From positions 14,773 to 78,772 of IMG/VR virus record IMGVR_UViG_3300027396_000022: a DNA stretch of 64,000 bases; one strand, 5' to 3'. The DNA is from a virus. Position numbers and translations under genes: made by a program. How positions within the stretch are numbered: the first letter of the stretch is position 1; the number at the start of each line of letters is the position of its first letter. This document shows, one piece after another, positions 38,529 to 47,098 of this stretch. Below the pieces are notes generated by a model, which had not been told where the DNA came from, made no database searches, and saw nothing but the letters and a program-made list of their open reading frames with translations.

Positions 38529-38560
38529 GAAGGGGCGGGGCTTACGGGCTCTGCCCTTTC
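38529..38560. terminator. Stem-loop, possible terminator
   Basis: GAAGGGGCGGGGC-TTACGG-GCTCTGCCCTTTC. Confidence 0.4.
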
Positions 38561-38565
38561 TGCTT

Positions 38566-38853
38566 TTAAATCTCCCTCCATAGCCGCTGCGTATCTGCCT
38601 TGTCTCGTTCTGACGCGGCCATGGGATGCAGGACGTAACGCGCTGCTAGCGGGCTCTTGGGGTCATCAGCGCCCACGTTCGGGCAGAAGGTCATGTACAA
38701 GCCCTGATCGTCGTACTTGCCCATCGGGTGCCCGTAGCAGGCATCAGGCGGTGCTGTGCGGGTCGTGGTGACGCTGTAGCTGACCTGCTTGGTCTTGGCA
38801 TCAGCGGTCTGCCAGACGTACTTGCCCTTGTTTTCTGGTGCGTACAGTTTCAT
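38566..38853 (-). CDS. Hypothetical protein
   Basis: Follows the replication gene. Confidence 0.55.
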   Translation of the reverse strand: MKLYAPENKGKYVWQTADAKTKQVSYSVTTTRTAPPDACYGHPMGKYDDQGLYMTFCPNVGADDPKSPLAARYVLHPMAASERDKADTQRLWREI

Positions 38854-38885
38854 GGTGAGTCTCAAATGAGCAATAAAAGGCAGGA

Positions 38886-39554
38886 TCAGTCGTCGTAAAC
38901 CCAGCAGCGGTTTTCCTCGTCCCAATATTTCCCGCCGCTCTGACGCTTGTGCTCTTCGAGATACACCTCGTATTTGCCATCACGAAGCCAGCGAAACAGG
39001 TCAGGAAGGCTGCCAACAAACTCCCCAACGGTCTTTCTGCGCTTTTGCTCAGCAATGGCATTGTTGACCGCTCCAAGCAATCGTTCTTCGCCCTCGGCCT
39101 TCACCACCTTTTTCCATTCCTCAAACGCCTTCGGCTTGGACTGGGATGAGACTCGATCAGGTGCCGACTGATAGGTTTTCCACAGGAGCGCAAAGCCTTC
39201 GGAATACTCAACCTTTGCCGATTTTGCAACCTTTTTATTGCCTATTTCTTTTTTTGTGTCCAATTCTTTTGGCAAGAAAGCCAAATCCAAACAGCCATCT
39301 GAACCAACAGCCGAAACAGCCTTCCCTTCGCTGGAAGGTTGCTGAGGCGTAGATTCTTGAACCTGCTTCGGTTGGGAGTTACCTAGAGGTGGTGTCCCCG
39401 CACCGACACGGTACGCGGGTAGCTTAGCCTCCCTGTCAATACCCACCTCTAGTAAAAAGGCGCAAAAGGTAGTCAGGGACAGGGTTCTCGGGCGAAAACG
39501 CTCCAAGTCTTCGACCAAATCGTCGGGTAATCGCAGGAAAATGGCCTTTGGCAT
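38886..39554 (-). CDS. Putative replication initiator/organizer
   Basis: F..LWKTY...SKPKAFEEW...RWLRDGKYE, resembling phage Rep C-terminal domains; RHH-like N-terminus. Confidence 0.6.
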   Translation of the reverse strand: MPKAIFLRLPDDLVEDLERFRPRTLSLTTFCAFLLEVGIDREAKLPAYRVGAGTPPLGNSQPKQVQESTPQQPSSEGKAVSAVGSDGCLDLAFLPKELDTKKEIGNKKVAKSAKVEYSEGFALLWKTYQSAPDRVSSQSKPKAFEEWKKVVKAEGEERLLGAVNNAIAEQKRRKTVGEFVGSLPDLFRWLRDGKYEVYLEEHKRQSGGKYWDEENRCWVYDD

Positions 39555-39750
39555 TGCTTGCTGATTTTTGCTTGGTGCAACGAAAGCTTGCAAAGACTAG
39601 CCACGGTTTTCAGGCTGGCAAGTGCCCTCCGGCACACTTCCAAAAATCTTCAGGATCGCTTTTCCACAGCCTTGTCTGTCTCGTTCGCGTCTCATCCGCG
39701 CCATTCTCTCCTTTTGGGTTTATCCTTATTTCATCGCTTTTATTTCAACC

Positions 39751-40068
39751 TTGGCGCGTTCTACCGCCGCTGAAGTCAACTTCCGTATTGACACCGTTTA
39801 CGGTCTTCTGACCGAAGGAAAATCGCGTGGTCAGATTGTTCAGTTCGGCGCAGAACAGTGGAATGTAGATATTCGTCAAGTCGATAACTACATCAAACGC
39901 GCACGAATCCGCCTAGAAGAAGACGCCGCCATGACCCGGCCTTCATGGATTGCCGAAGCCCTAGGCCGTCTTCGTACCTACGAACAATCCGCCTACAAGC
40001 GCGGCCAAACGCAAGTCGCCCTGAATTCGGTCCAACTCCAAGCCAAACTGATCGGCCTTGAAATTTGA
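39751..40068 (+). CDS. Putative terminase small subunit
   Basis: HTH-like; first rightward gene ahead of terL. Confidence 0.55.
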   Translation: MARSTAAEVNFRIDTVYGLLTEGKSRGQIVQFGAEQWNVDIRQVDNYIKRARIRLEEDAAMTRPSWIAEALGRLRTYEQSAYKRGQTQVALNSVQLQAKLIGLEI

Positions 40069-40121
40069 GCCTGCTCGCCCCTAGCTTTGCCTTTCGCTCC
40101 GTCACGGGCTACTATAAAGGA

Positions 40122-40700
40122 ATGGCGAAGCTTACGACCGCGCAGTTCGTTGAACGCGCAAAGGCCGCCCATGGCGACCGCTTTGATTATTGCTGTTCTG
40201 ATTACCAAGGCGCACTCACCAAAATCGCCATCATTTGCCCTTTTCACGGGTTGTTCATGCAATTGCCTACAAATCACTGGCGCGGAGCGGGCTGCAAGGA
40301 GTGTCGAAAAACAAGCAGCCCAGAAATTCGTCGCGCCAATGCAGCCAAAAGGCAAGCAAAATTGCGTGAGCGCCAGCGGCATACGCCTGAATACAAAATT
40401 GCCAATTTTTCCCGTGTTCGCCTTTACAAGGCTTTGTCTTCGCAGGGCATAAGAAAAAATTGTCGCACTGCCGATTGGCTTGGCTGTTCACCTGCCGAAC
40501 TTCGTGATTACATTGCTGCCAAGTTTGAGGATGGTATGACTTGGGATAATTTTGGGCAATGGGAGGTTGACCACATTCGCCCTTGCGCCAGCTTTGATCT
40601 AACCGATCCCGTACAACGACTTGCTTGTTTTCATTTCACAAACCTTCAACCACTTTGGAGAAACGATAATCGCCGCAAAAGCGCCAAGATGCTGGAATGA
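40122..40700 (+). CDS. Homing-type HNH endonuclease
   Basis: FVERAKAAHGDRFDY..CPFHG..H..G.GC..C; WEVDHIRPC..HFTNLQPLW..N..K. Confidence 0.8.
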   Translation: MAKLTTAQFVERAKAAHGDRFDYCCSDYQGALTKIAIICPFHGLFMQLPTNHWRGAGCKECRKTSSPEIRRANAAKRQAKLRERQRHTPEYKIANFSRVRLYKALSSQGIRKNCRTADWLGCSPAELRDYIAAKFEDGMTWDNFGQWEVDHIRPCASFDLTDPVQRLACFHFTNLQPLWRNDNRRKSAKMLE

Positions 40701-42022
40701 GCCCATCCATACTTGACGGCTGTCCTGGCGGCTTTCTGCTTGAAGCCCCGATTACAGTTTGCGACGAAAGGGATTGGACTCCGTTTGCGAGGCGCCTTTA
40801 CGACTCTCTTACTCCTCCACAACGCGAGGTATGGGACGCGCCAGAACGCTTCAAACTTCTTTGTTCTGGTCGTCGCTTTGGTAAAACATACCTTTGTATT
40901 GCCCGTTTAGTCGCTTGGGCGATTGAGCATCCAAATTCGCTCAATTGGTACTGCACTCAAACCTATAAATCGGCAAAACAAATCGCATGGCGTCAGCTTC
41001 GTGCCATGGTACCGCCCGAAATGTTTGCCAGAAAAAATGAATCCGAACTGTCGGTTGAATTAAGCAACGGCAGCGTGATCGCCTTGAAAGGCGCTGAATC
41101 AGCCGATGCCCTCCGTGGCGTGTCGCTTAGCAGCCTGATCGTTGACGAAGCCGCTTACGTCAAGCAGGAAGCATGGGAGATGGTGCTACGCCCAGCGCTG
41201 TCAGACCAAGGCGGTCCGGCATGGTTCATTACAACGCCTGCTGGCCTCAACTGGTTTCACGACTTGTGGGAACAGGCGCAAGATCAGCCGGACTGGTCAA
41301 CCTTCAGTTACACCACCATTGAAGGTGGCAACGTTCCTGAAGATGAAGTTGAAGCGGCACGCCGCACGCTTGACGACCGCACATTTCGGCAGGAATACCT
41401 CGCCAGCTTTGAAACCCTGTCCGGTCGTGTTTACCCAGACTTCAACGACGACAATATTTCTGATGAAGTGCGCGATACCGGCGGCCCGATCCTGTGGGGC
41501 ACTGACTTCAACGTGAGCGTGCTGGCCGGTGTGCTTGGTAGCCGTGTTGGCGACACCCTCCATATATGGGATGAGGTGTCCGTGACGCAAACCAATACTG
41601 ATGAGGTGTGCGCCATGCTGCGTGATCGGTTCAGGGATCGGAAGCTGATCGCTTACCCGGACCCAACCGGCAGTGCTCGTAAGACTTCATCGGCTGGCCG
41701 CACGGACCATGAGATCATTCGCCAATACGGGTTCGGCTGCGTCAGTCCCAAGGCGCCGTGGTCGGTGAAGGACAAGATCAACGCCACCAACAGTTTGATC
41801 CGTAACGCCAACGGCCAGATCCGCCTGTTTGTCCATCCACGCTGCAAGAACACAATTAAGGCGCTGCGCAACGTGACCTACAAGCAGGGTGCTGACGATT
41901 ACGTGATTGACAAGTCGGCCGGGATCGAGCACTGGACAGACGGGTTGGGGTATTTGGTCATGTCTGAGTTCAACCCGCTGTACGCCAACGCCGGCAAGGG
42001 CACGGGCATCAGGCTGTATTGA
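40697..42022 (+). CDS. terL: Terminase large subunit
   Basis: Walker A GRRFGKT, Walker B LIVDEAA, ITTP, GTDFN, DPTG, EHWTDGLGY. Confidence 0.95.
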   Translation: MSPSILDGCPGGFLLEAPITVCDERDWTPFARRLYDSLTPPQREVWDAPERFKLLCSGRRFGKTYLCIARLVAWAIEHPNSLNWYCTQTYKSAKQIAWRQLRAMVPPEMFARKNESELSVELSNGSVIALKGAESADALRGVSLSSLIVDEAAYVKQEAWEMVLRPALSDQGGPAWFITTPAGLNWFHDLWEQAQDQPDWSTFSYTTIEGGNVPEDEVEAARRTLDDRTFRQEYLASFETLSGRVYPDFNDDNISDEVRDTGGPILWGTDFNVSVLAGVLGSRVGDTLHIWDEVSVTQTNTDEVCAMLRDRFRDRKLIAYPDPTGSARKTSSAGRTDHEIIRQYGFGCVSPKAPWSVKDKINATNSLIRNANGQIRLFVHPRCKNTIKALRNVTYKQGADDYVIDKSAGIEHWTDGLGYLVMSEFNPLYANAGKGTGIRLY

Positions 42023-42033
42023 CCGTCATGGGG

Positions 42034-42039
42034 TATACT
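42034..42039 (+). promoter_or_regulatory. -10 box with the GGGG-TATACT motif
   Basis: ATGGGGTATACTC, the same core as the three leftward promoters; poor -35. Confidence 0.4.
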
Positions 42040-42105
42040 CTCGATATCTACCGCTACCCTTGAATCGTTCCCGCTCTGCCTTGGCATCGGGCTGCGCTTT
42101 TTCTC

Positions 42106-42294
42106 ATGTCTGCACCTCTCTGGCACGATCTTGAAGCCGCCTTCGATTCCGTTCAAGACAACGGCTCTTACGACTTCAACGAAGCCGCCTCAGCCATGCT
42201 CACCACCCTGCAGCAATGGCTTTACGACAACGGCCTTGACGATGCCGGCGATGCCCTTGAAGACGAAATAACCTCAGCCGATCAGGCCGCGTAA
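42106..42294 (+). CDS. Small acidic protein
   Basis: 62-aa ORF between terL and the portal gene. Confidence 0.55.
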   Translation: MSAPLWHDLEAAFDSVQDNGSYDFNEAASAMLTTLQQWLYDNGLDDAGDALEDEITSADQAA

Positions 42295-42305
42295 ACTTTC
42301 ACCTT

Positions 42306-42364
42306 GCCGGGTCGGTTCTAACCGTAAGGCTGAACGCCGTGTGTGGCGGTATCGGAGGCCCGGC
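42306..42364 (+). other. Multi-stem structured intergenic element
   Basis: GCCGGGTC/GGCCCGGC closing stem enclosing a GTAA-loop hairpin and a CGCC/GGCG hairpin. Confidence 0.4.
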
Positions 42365-42410
42365 TTACATTTGCCCAATAGAATCAAACTACGGCTAAAC
42401 GCGGCAGATC

Positions 42411-43895
42411 ATGTACACCGGTTTCAACGCATACGACCGGCTTCTGACGCGCAAAGCCACGCAGGTGCAAGACCCCAATAACGCTTGGGCTGCACAGGAA
42501 CCACATTGGATCTTGATTGAAGATCTGATGGAAGGCACCTTCGGGATGCGCCGCAAGCATCGGCGTTACCTTCCGCAAGAACCACGCGAGCAAGACGAAA
42601 GTTACGACAACCGCCTAGCCCGTAGCGTTTGCCCGCCGTATTACCAGCGGCTTGAGCGGATGCTGGCCGGCATGTTGACCCGCAAGCCTGTACGCCTTGA
42701 CGACGTACCTGATCTGATCCGCGAACAACTGTTTGATGTAGACCTGCAAGGCAATGATCTAAACATTTTCGTTTACGAATTAGCCCGCAAGATTGTGCGT
42801 TACGGCCACGCTGGCGTGTTGGTTGATTTCCCGAGCCAAACAGACGATGAAATCCAAAACATCACGGATATTGCATCGTTGCGTCCCTACTGGTGTACTT
42901 ATGTGCCACGCGACATTTTGGGTTGGCGCTCTGAACTGGTCAACGGCGCACAGAAGCTAACCATGCTGCGCTTGCGTGAGTTAATCGTTGTTCCCGACGG
43001 CGATTTTGGTGAGAAATACTTAGAGCAGATCCGCGTACTTAAACCCGGCTCTTACGAACTGCACCGGCAATCGGATACCAAAGGTCAATACGAAATGGTG
43101 GCAGAAGGCACCACCAGCCTTGATTACATTCCTTTTTCCGTTGCCTATTCCAACCGTGTTGGGCTGCTTGAATCGCGCCCGCCGCTGGAAGATATTGCCG
43201 AGCTGAACCTAAAGACTTACCAAATCCAGAGTGATCTGGACAACATGCTGCATATCAGCGGCGTGCCAATGCTTGCCTTCTACGGCTTCCCATCATCTGC
43301 CGAGGAAGTATCTGCCGGCCCTGGTGAAGCCATTGCCTTTCCTGCTGAAGGCCGTGCTGAGTACATCGAACCGGAAGGCAAGAGCTACGAAGCGCAGTTC
43401 CGCCGTCTTGAACAGCTTGCCGGACAAATCAATGAACTTGGCCTGTCTGCTGTCCTAGGTCAAAAGCTCAGTGCTGAAACTGCCGAAGCCAAGCGGATCG
43501 ACCGCAGCCAAGGCGACAGCACCATGATGGTGATCGCACAGCAAGTGCAAGACCTGATTGATAACTGCCTGCGGTATCACGCTGATTACCTTGGTCAACA
43601 GCAATCAGGCAGCAGCTATGTCAATCGGGATTTTGTGGGCGCACGCCTTGAACCCGCCGAAATCCTTGCACTGTTGCAGCTCTACACCGCAGGCACCATC
43701 ACACAGAAAACACTGTTGGATCAACTGGCGCAAGGTGAAGTGCTGGGTGATGACTTTGACGTAGAAGAGGAACTGGAGGGCACTCAATCGGGTGGCTTGA
43801 TTGAGCTTGGTGGCCCTGAAAACCTTGGCGCTGAAGATGTAACTAGCGAAGAAATGATGGCTGAAAATAACGATGACGCTATTGCTGAACAATGA
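42411..43895 (+). CDS. Portal protein (DUF4055-like)
   Basis: YLPQEPRE..Y..RL.R; PPLEDIAELN...Q.QSD; follows terL. Confidence 0.85.
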   Translation: MYTGFNAYDRLLTRKATQVQDPNNAWAAQEPHWILIEDLMEGTFGMRRKHRRYLPQEPREQDESYDNRLARSVCPPYYQRLERMLAGMLTRKPVRLDDVPDLIREQLFDVDLQGNDLNIFVYELARKIVRYGHAGVLVDFPSQTDDEIQNITDIASLRPYWCTYVPRDILGWRSELVNGAQKLTMLRLRELIVVPDGDFGEKYLEQIRVLKPGSYELHRQSDTKGQYEMVAEGTTSLDYIPFSVAYSNRVGLLESRPPLEDIAELNLKTYQIQSDLDNMLHISGVPMLAFYGFPSSAEEVSAGPGEAIAFPAEGRAEYIEPEGKSYEAQFRRLEQLAGQINELGLSAVLGQKLSAETAEAKRIDRSQGDSTMMVIAQQVQDLIDNCLRYHADYLGQQQSGSSYVNRDFVGARLEPAEILALLQLYTAGTITQKTLLDQLAQGEVLGDDFDVEEELEGTQSGGLIELGGPENLGAEDVTSEEMMAENNDDAIAEQ

Positions 43896-45202
43896 CGCAA
43901 TCAGGCGTAACACCTCGCCTGCTCAACGTTGAGCAATTCAAGCGGCGGATCAACCGCAAAGATCCTGTTGCCAACATCTACCGCAACGCCATTGATCTAA
44001 ACCGTTTCAGTAACGCTGTCGCCGGTCAGATTGTTCGTGATTACAACAGCATCATCTTGAGTGCCGTTGACGATCTAAAACGTATTGACCTTGGCGTACC
44101 CACGGCAGGCGGTGGCATCGTCAGCCCAGCATCAGTTCAGGCGCAACGGCTTCGTGTCCTATTGGCTCAACTGAGGGAATCGCTGGATAGTTGGGCAGAA
44201 CGAAGCACGGCATACGCAGCCACTGAACTGCAGGGTCTAGCCGAGCTTCAAACAGAATTTGTCACTGATCAATTGCGGCTTGCTGTCGCTGGCGGTGAGG
44301 CTGGCGCTCGTGGCATTGAGCCAAGCGTTGTTGCTCAGCAGGCAGTCAACACCGTTGAAGTGGCACCAAACTTTGCCGCCACAGTGGCCACTGTTGATCC
44401 AACGGATATCAACTTCACGTTGCCTGGTACAGGCGGCTTCAACCTTACGGCTGGCCAAGGTGCCGCGATCACGTTGCCGAATGGGCAGGTTATTGAGAAG
44501 ACATTTCGCGGTTTAGCCGAATCGCAGGCGCAGCGTTTCAACACCACAATTAGAACAGGCATTCTTGCTGGCGAGCCAACACCACAGATTGCACGGCGTT
44601 TGATCGGTAACCTTGATTTCGGGCAACTGGCCAAGACCGCAAAACAGCAAGCCTTAGCCGGTGGCGAGCTGATCAAGATGGCTGACCATCAGGTATTGAC
44701 CGTTGTGCGTACAAGTGTGCAGCAGGTGGCCAACACAGCCAGTCAAAATGTCTATCAAGCCAATCAAGACGTAACTAAGAAATACCGTTACGTTGCCACG
44801 CTGGATAGCCGCACCTCAGCAATTTGCCGCAGTCTTGACGGGAAGGAATACGTCTACGGCAAGGGACCACAACCGCCTGTTCATTTCAACTGCAGGTCAA
44901 CAACCATCCCAATCGTTGATTACCGCGCCCTTGGTCTGCGTCCGCCAGAGGAAGTAATCGGTGAAGGCAAGCGTGCTGCAGAAGGTGGTCAAGTTTCAGC
45001 CAGTACAAACTACGGTCAGTGGCTACAGAAGCAACCAAAGGCATATCAGGAAGAGGTGCTCGGCAAATCACGCGCCGCCTACTTTGACCGTCTTAGCCAG
45101 AAGTTTGGCCCGCAACAGGCATTAAGCCGGATGGTGCGTGAAGACGGATCTGAAGTGCCACTTAAAGTGTTGCAAGAACGCTACGGTTCAAACAATGGCT
45201 AA
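43892..45202 (+). CDS. Head morphogenesis protein (SPP1 gp7/Mu gpF)
   Basis: YVATLDSRTS.IC..LDG..PPVHFNCRS motif. Confidence 0.9.
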   Translation: MTQSGVTPRLLNVEQFKRRINRKDPVANIYRNAIDLNRFSNAVAGQIVRDYNSIILSAVDDLKRIDLGVPTAGGGIVSPASVQAQRLRVLLAQLRESLDSWAERSTAYAATELQGLAELQTEFVTDQLRLAVAGGEAGARGIEPSVVAQQAVNTVEVAPNFAATVATVDPTDINFTLPGTGGFNLTAGQGAAITLPNGQVIEKTFRGLAESQAQRFNTTIRTGILAGEPTPQIARRLIGNLDFGQLAKTAKQQALAGGELIKMADHQVLTVVRTSVQQVANTASQNVYQANQDVTKKYRYVATLDSRTSAICRSLDGKEYVYGKGPQPPVHFNCRSTTIPIVDYRALGLRPPEEVIGEGKRAAEGGQVSASTNYGQWLQKQPKAYQEEVLGKSRAAYFDRLSQKFGPQQALSRMVREDGSEVPLKVLQERYGSNNG

Positions 45203-45380
45203 AAAGCCGACCAAGGCCGAAAAGAAGATTGGCAAGGTAATGAAGGAATACAAGGAAGGCACGCTGCACAGCGGCAAGCCAGGAAAAGGCAAAGGCCCAA
45301 CTGTTAAAAGTCGCAAACAGGCAATCGCCATTGCACTGAGCGAAGCCGGCAAGGCACGCAAACCCAAGGGTAAAAAGTGA
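45195..45380 (+). CDS. Small basic DUF6496-like protein
   Basis: KVMKEYKEGTLHSG..KQAIAIALSEA. Confidence 0.75.
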   Translation: MAKKPTKAEKKIGKVMKEYKEGTLHSGKPGKGKGPTVKSRKQAIAIALSEAGKARKPKGKK

Positions 45381-45610
45381 TGGCTATCGGTATCGGTTCC
45401 CGCGTTAGCTGGACTTATCAAGGCACCACCACCTATGGCGTAGTCACCGGCAAGGCTGGGCGTCGCGCCAGTATCACCGGTCCATCCGGCGGCACTGTCA
45501 CTCGTGTTGGCACTGACGATGACCCGGTATTGCGGATTGAATCAGAATCAACCGGTAATCCTGTTTTGAAAAAGCGGTCAGAATTAAAAGAAGCGCCGAA
45601 GCGTAAATGA
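45380..45610 (+). CDS. DUF2945-like small protein
   Basis: G.RVSW....T.G.V....DDP...IES..TG...LKK.SEL. Confidence 0.6.
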   Translation: MAIGIGSRVSWTYQGTTTYGVVTGKAGRRASITGPSGGTVTRVGTDDDPVLRIESESTGNPVLKKRSELKEAPKRK

Positions 45611-45804
45611 AAGGCAAGATCTGGCAGGGCGGTTGCACTTACCTCAAGTGCTCGGATGGCATGATTGAGGGCCGTTTTGTCTTTCCTTGCCCAAATAGCC
45701 CTGAGGTGCTTGGCGCCTTAATGGGAAGACTGGCTGAGGGCGTAGAAGTCATCACCTGTACCGAGGATGATGATGAAGACGACAACGAGGATGACGATGA
45801 TTGA
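45607..45804 (+). CDS. Hypothetical protein with acidic tail
   Basis: Coupled ORF. Confidence 0.5.
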   Translation: MKGKIWQGGCTYLKCSDGMIEGRFVFPCPNSPEVLGALMGRLAEGVEVITCTEDDDEDDNEDDDD

Positions 45805-46072
45805 GTATCGCGGCGAAAAGTTTGACGGCTACAACAAGCCCAAACGCACGCCTGACCATCCAACCAAGTCGCACGCTGTCTTGGCCAAGGAAGGCGACAA
45901 GGTAAAGCTGATTAGGTTCGGTCAGCAGGGCGTATCAGGCTCACCACCACGAAAATCAGAATCGGAATCAGACAAAATACGAAGGGCATCATTTAAGGCC
46001 AGGCACGCCAAGAACATCGCCAAAGGCAAGATGTCTGCCGCATTCTGGGCTGACCGCAGTAAATGGAGCTAA
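45797..46072 (+). CDS. Small basic phage protein
   Basis: PKRTPDHPTKSHAV..IRFGQQG..SFKARH..SAAFWA. Confidence 0.7.
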   Translation: MIEYRGEKFDGYNKPKRTPDHPTKSHAVLAKEGDKVKLIRFGQQGVSGSPPRKSESESDKIRRASFKARHAKNIAKGKMSAAFWADRSKWS

Positions 46073-46263
46073 CTGTGTTCTTGTTTGTGAATCCAGTCCT
46101 TTAGGCCCATCACATACGCCCGCAATGCCTGCGCATTCCTTGCGTGCCACGGGTCACCCGTCGCCAAATACTCCATCATGTGCAGATCCACTGCCTTCAA
46201 ACAGTGGTGAATAATTGGGTTCCATGGTCCGCGTACCGGTGTATCCCACTCGCGCCGTGACAT
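46069..46263 (-). CDS. Hypothetical protein
   Basis: Lone leftward ORF filling the gap before the scaffold gene. Confidence 0.5.
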   Translation of the reverse strand: MSRREWDTPVRGPWNPIIHHCLKAVDLHMMEYLATGDPWHARNAQALRAYVMGLKDWIHKQEHS

Positions 46264-46320
46264 GACGTGACAAGGTGTAAACCTACCTATACACTCTGAT
46301 CGTTACCCTACGGGTCATTC

Positions 46321-47016
46321 ATGTCTGAAGAGCAACTGCAGGAAGCTACGCCGACTGCATCCGGTGATGATCTTGACGCGCTTAAACGCAGCGTTGAGGC
46401 CCTAGAACGCAAAAACTTTGAGCTGATTGGCAAGCTTAAAGAAGCCAAAGAAAAAACGCCCAATTTGCCCGATGGTTTGAACGTTCAAGAACTTGTTGAC
46501 TTCAAGCGAAAGAAGGAACAGGAAGAGCTTGAGTCGAAAGGCAAATACGACGAAGCCCTGAAACAATACGCTCAGCAATTTCAAGAGCGTGAAGACGGCT
46601 ACAAAAAGCGTATTGCCGAGCTTGAATCACAATTGACGGTCAATCAGCTTGATAATCGTGTCGTTGCAATTCTTGCTGAACAGGGTGCTCACAACCCACA
46701 CGATGCGCTGCGCCTAGTGCGTGATCAGTTAAAGCTTGATGACAGCGGCAATCCCATTGCTGTTGATGGTTACAACGAAATTCCCATGGATCAGTGGGTC
46801 GAACGCCTTAAAGCTGAACGTGGCTATCTGTTCAAGGCCCCTAACGTCAAGGGCTCTGGCGCACCTGTCGGCACAAAGGTCAGCAGCACCGATATCCCGG
46901 TCGGTATCAAAAACCCATTCCTGCCCGAAAACTTCAACCTGACCGAGCAGTCACGCCTGTTCCGCACGGATCGTGATCTGTACGAAAAGTTGAAAACTGC
47001 AGCGGCTTCTGCTTAA
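46321..47016 (+). CDS. Capsid scaffolding protein
   Basis: Coiled coil, YLF..GSGA and NPF..FNLTEQ motifs; precedes the capsid gene. Confidence 0.8.
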   Translation: MSEEQLQEATPTASGDDLDALKRSVEALERKNFELIGKLKEAKEKTPNLPDGLNVQELVDFKRKKEQEELESKGKYDEALKQYAQQFQEREDGYKKRIAELESQLTVNQLDNRVVAILAEQGAHNPHDALRLVRDQLKLDDSGNPIAVDGYNEIPMDQWVERLKAERGYLFKAPNVKGSGAPVGTKVSSTDIPVGIKNPFLPENFNLTEQSRLFRTDRDLYEKLKTAAASA

Positions 47017-47034
47017 GATGTAACCGTTAAACGC

Positions 47035-47069
47035 GAATGGTTACGCCGTTCCGTTATTGGGTTACGCCC
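47035..47069 (+). promoter_or_regulatory. Twin GG-TTACG-CC hairpins in the capsid leader
   Basis: GAATGG-TTACG-CCGTTC and GGG-TTACG-CCC. Confidence 0.4.
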
Positions 47070-47098
47070 GCAAACAGCAAATTCCCTGAGGATTCATC

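Noticed and set aside
42306-42364. tRNA gene
   Set aside because: Too short, with no T-loop consensus in the right position and no CCA end.
45493-45509. 15/17 inverted match to the cassette site (CACTGTCACTcgTGTTG)
   Set aside because: It lies inside a head-region coding sequence (GTVTRVG) 21 kb from the first site, and inversion there would break the gene. Treated as probable chance, though worth including in a binding test.
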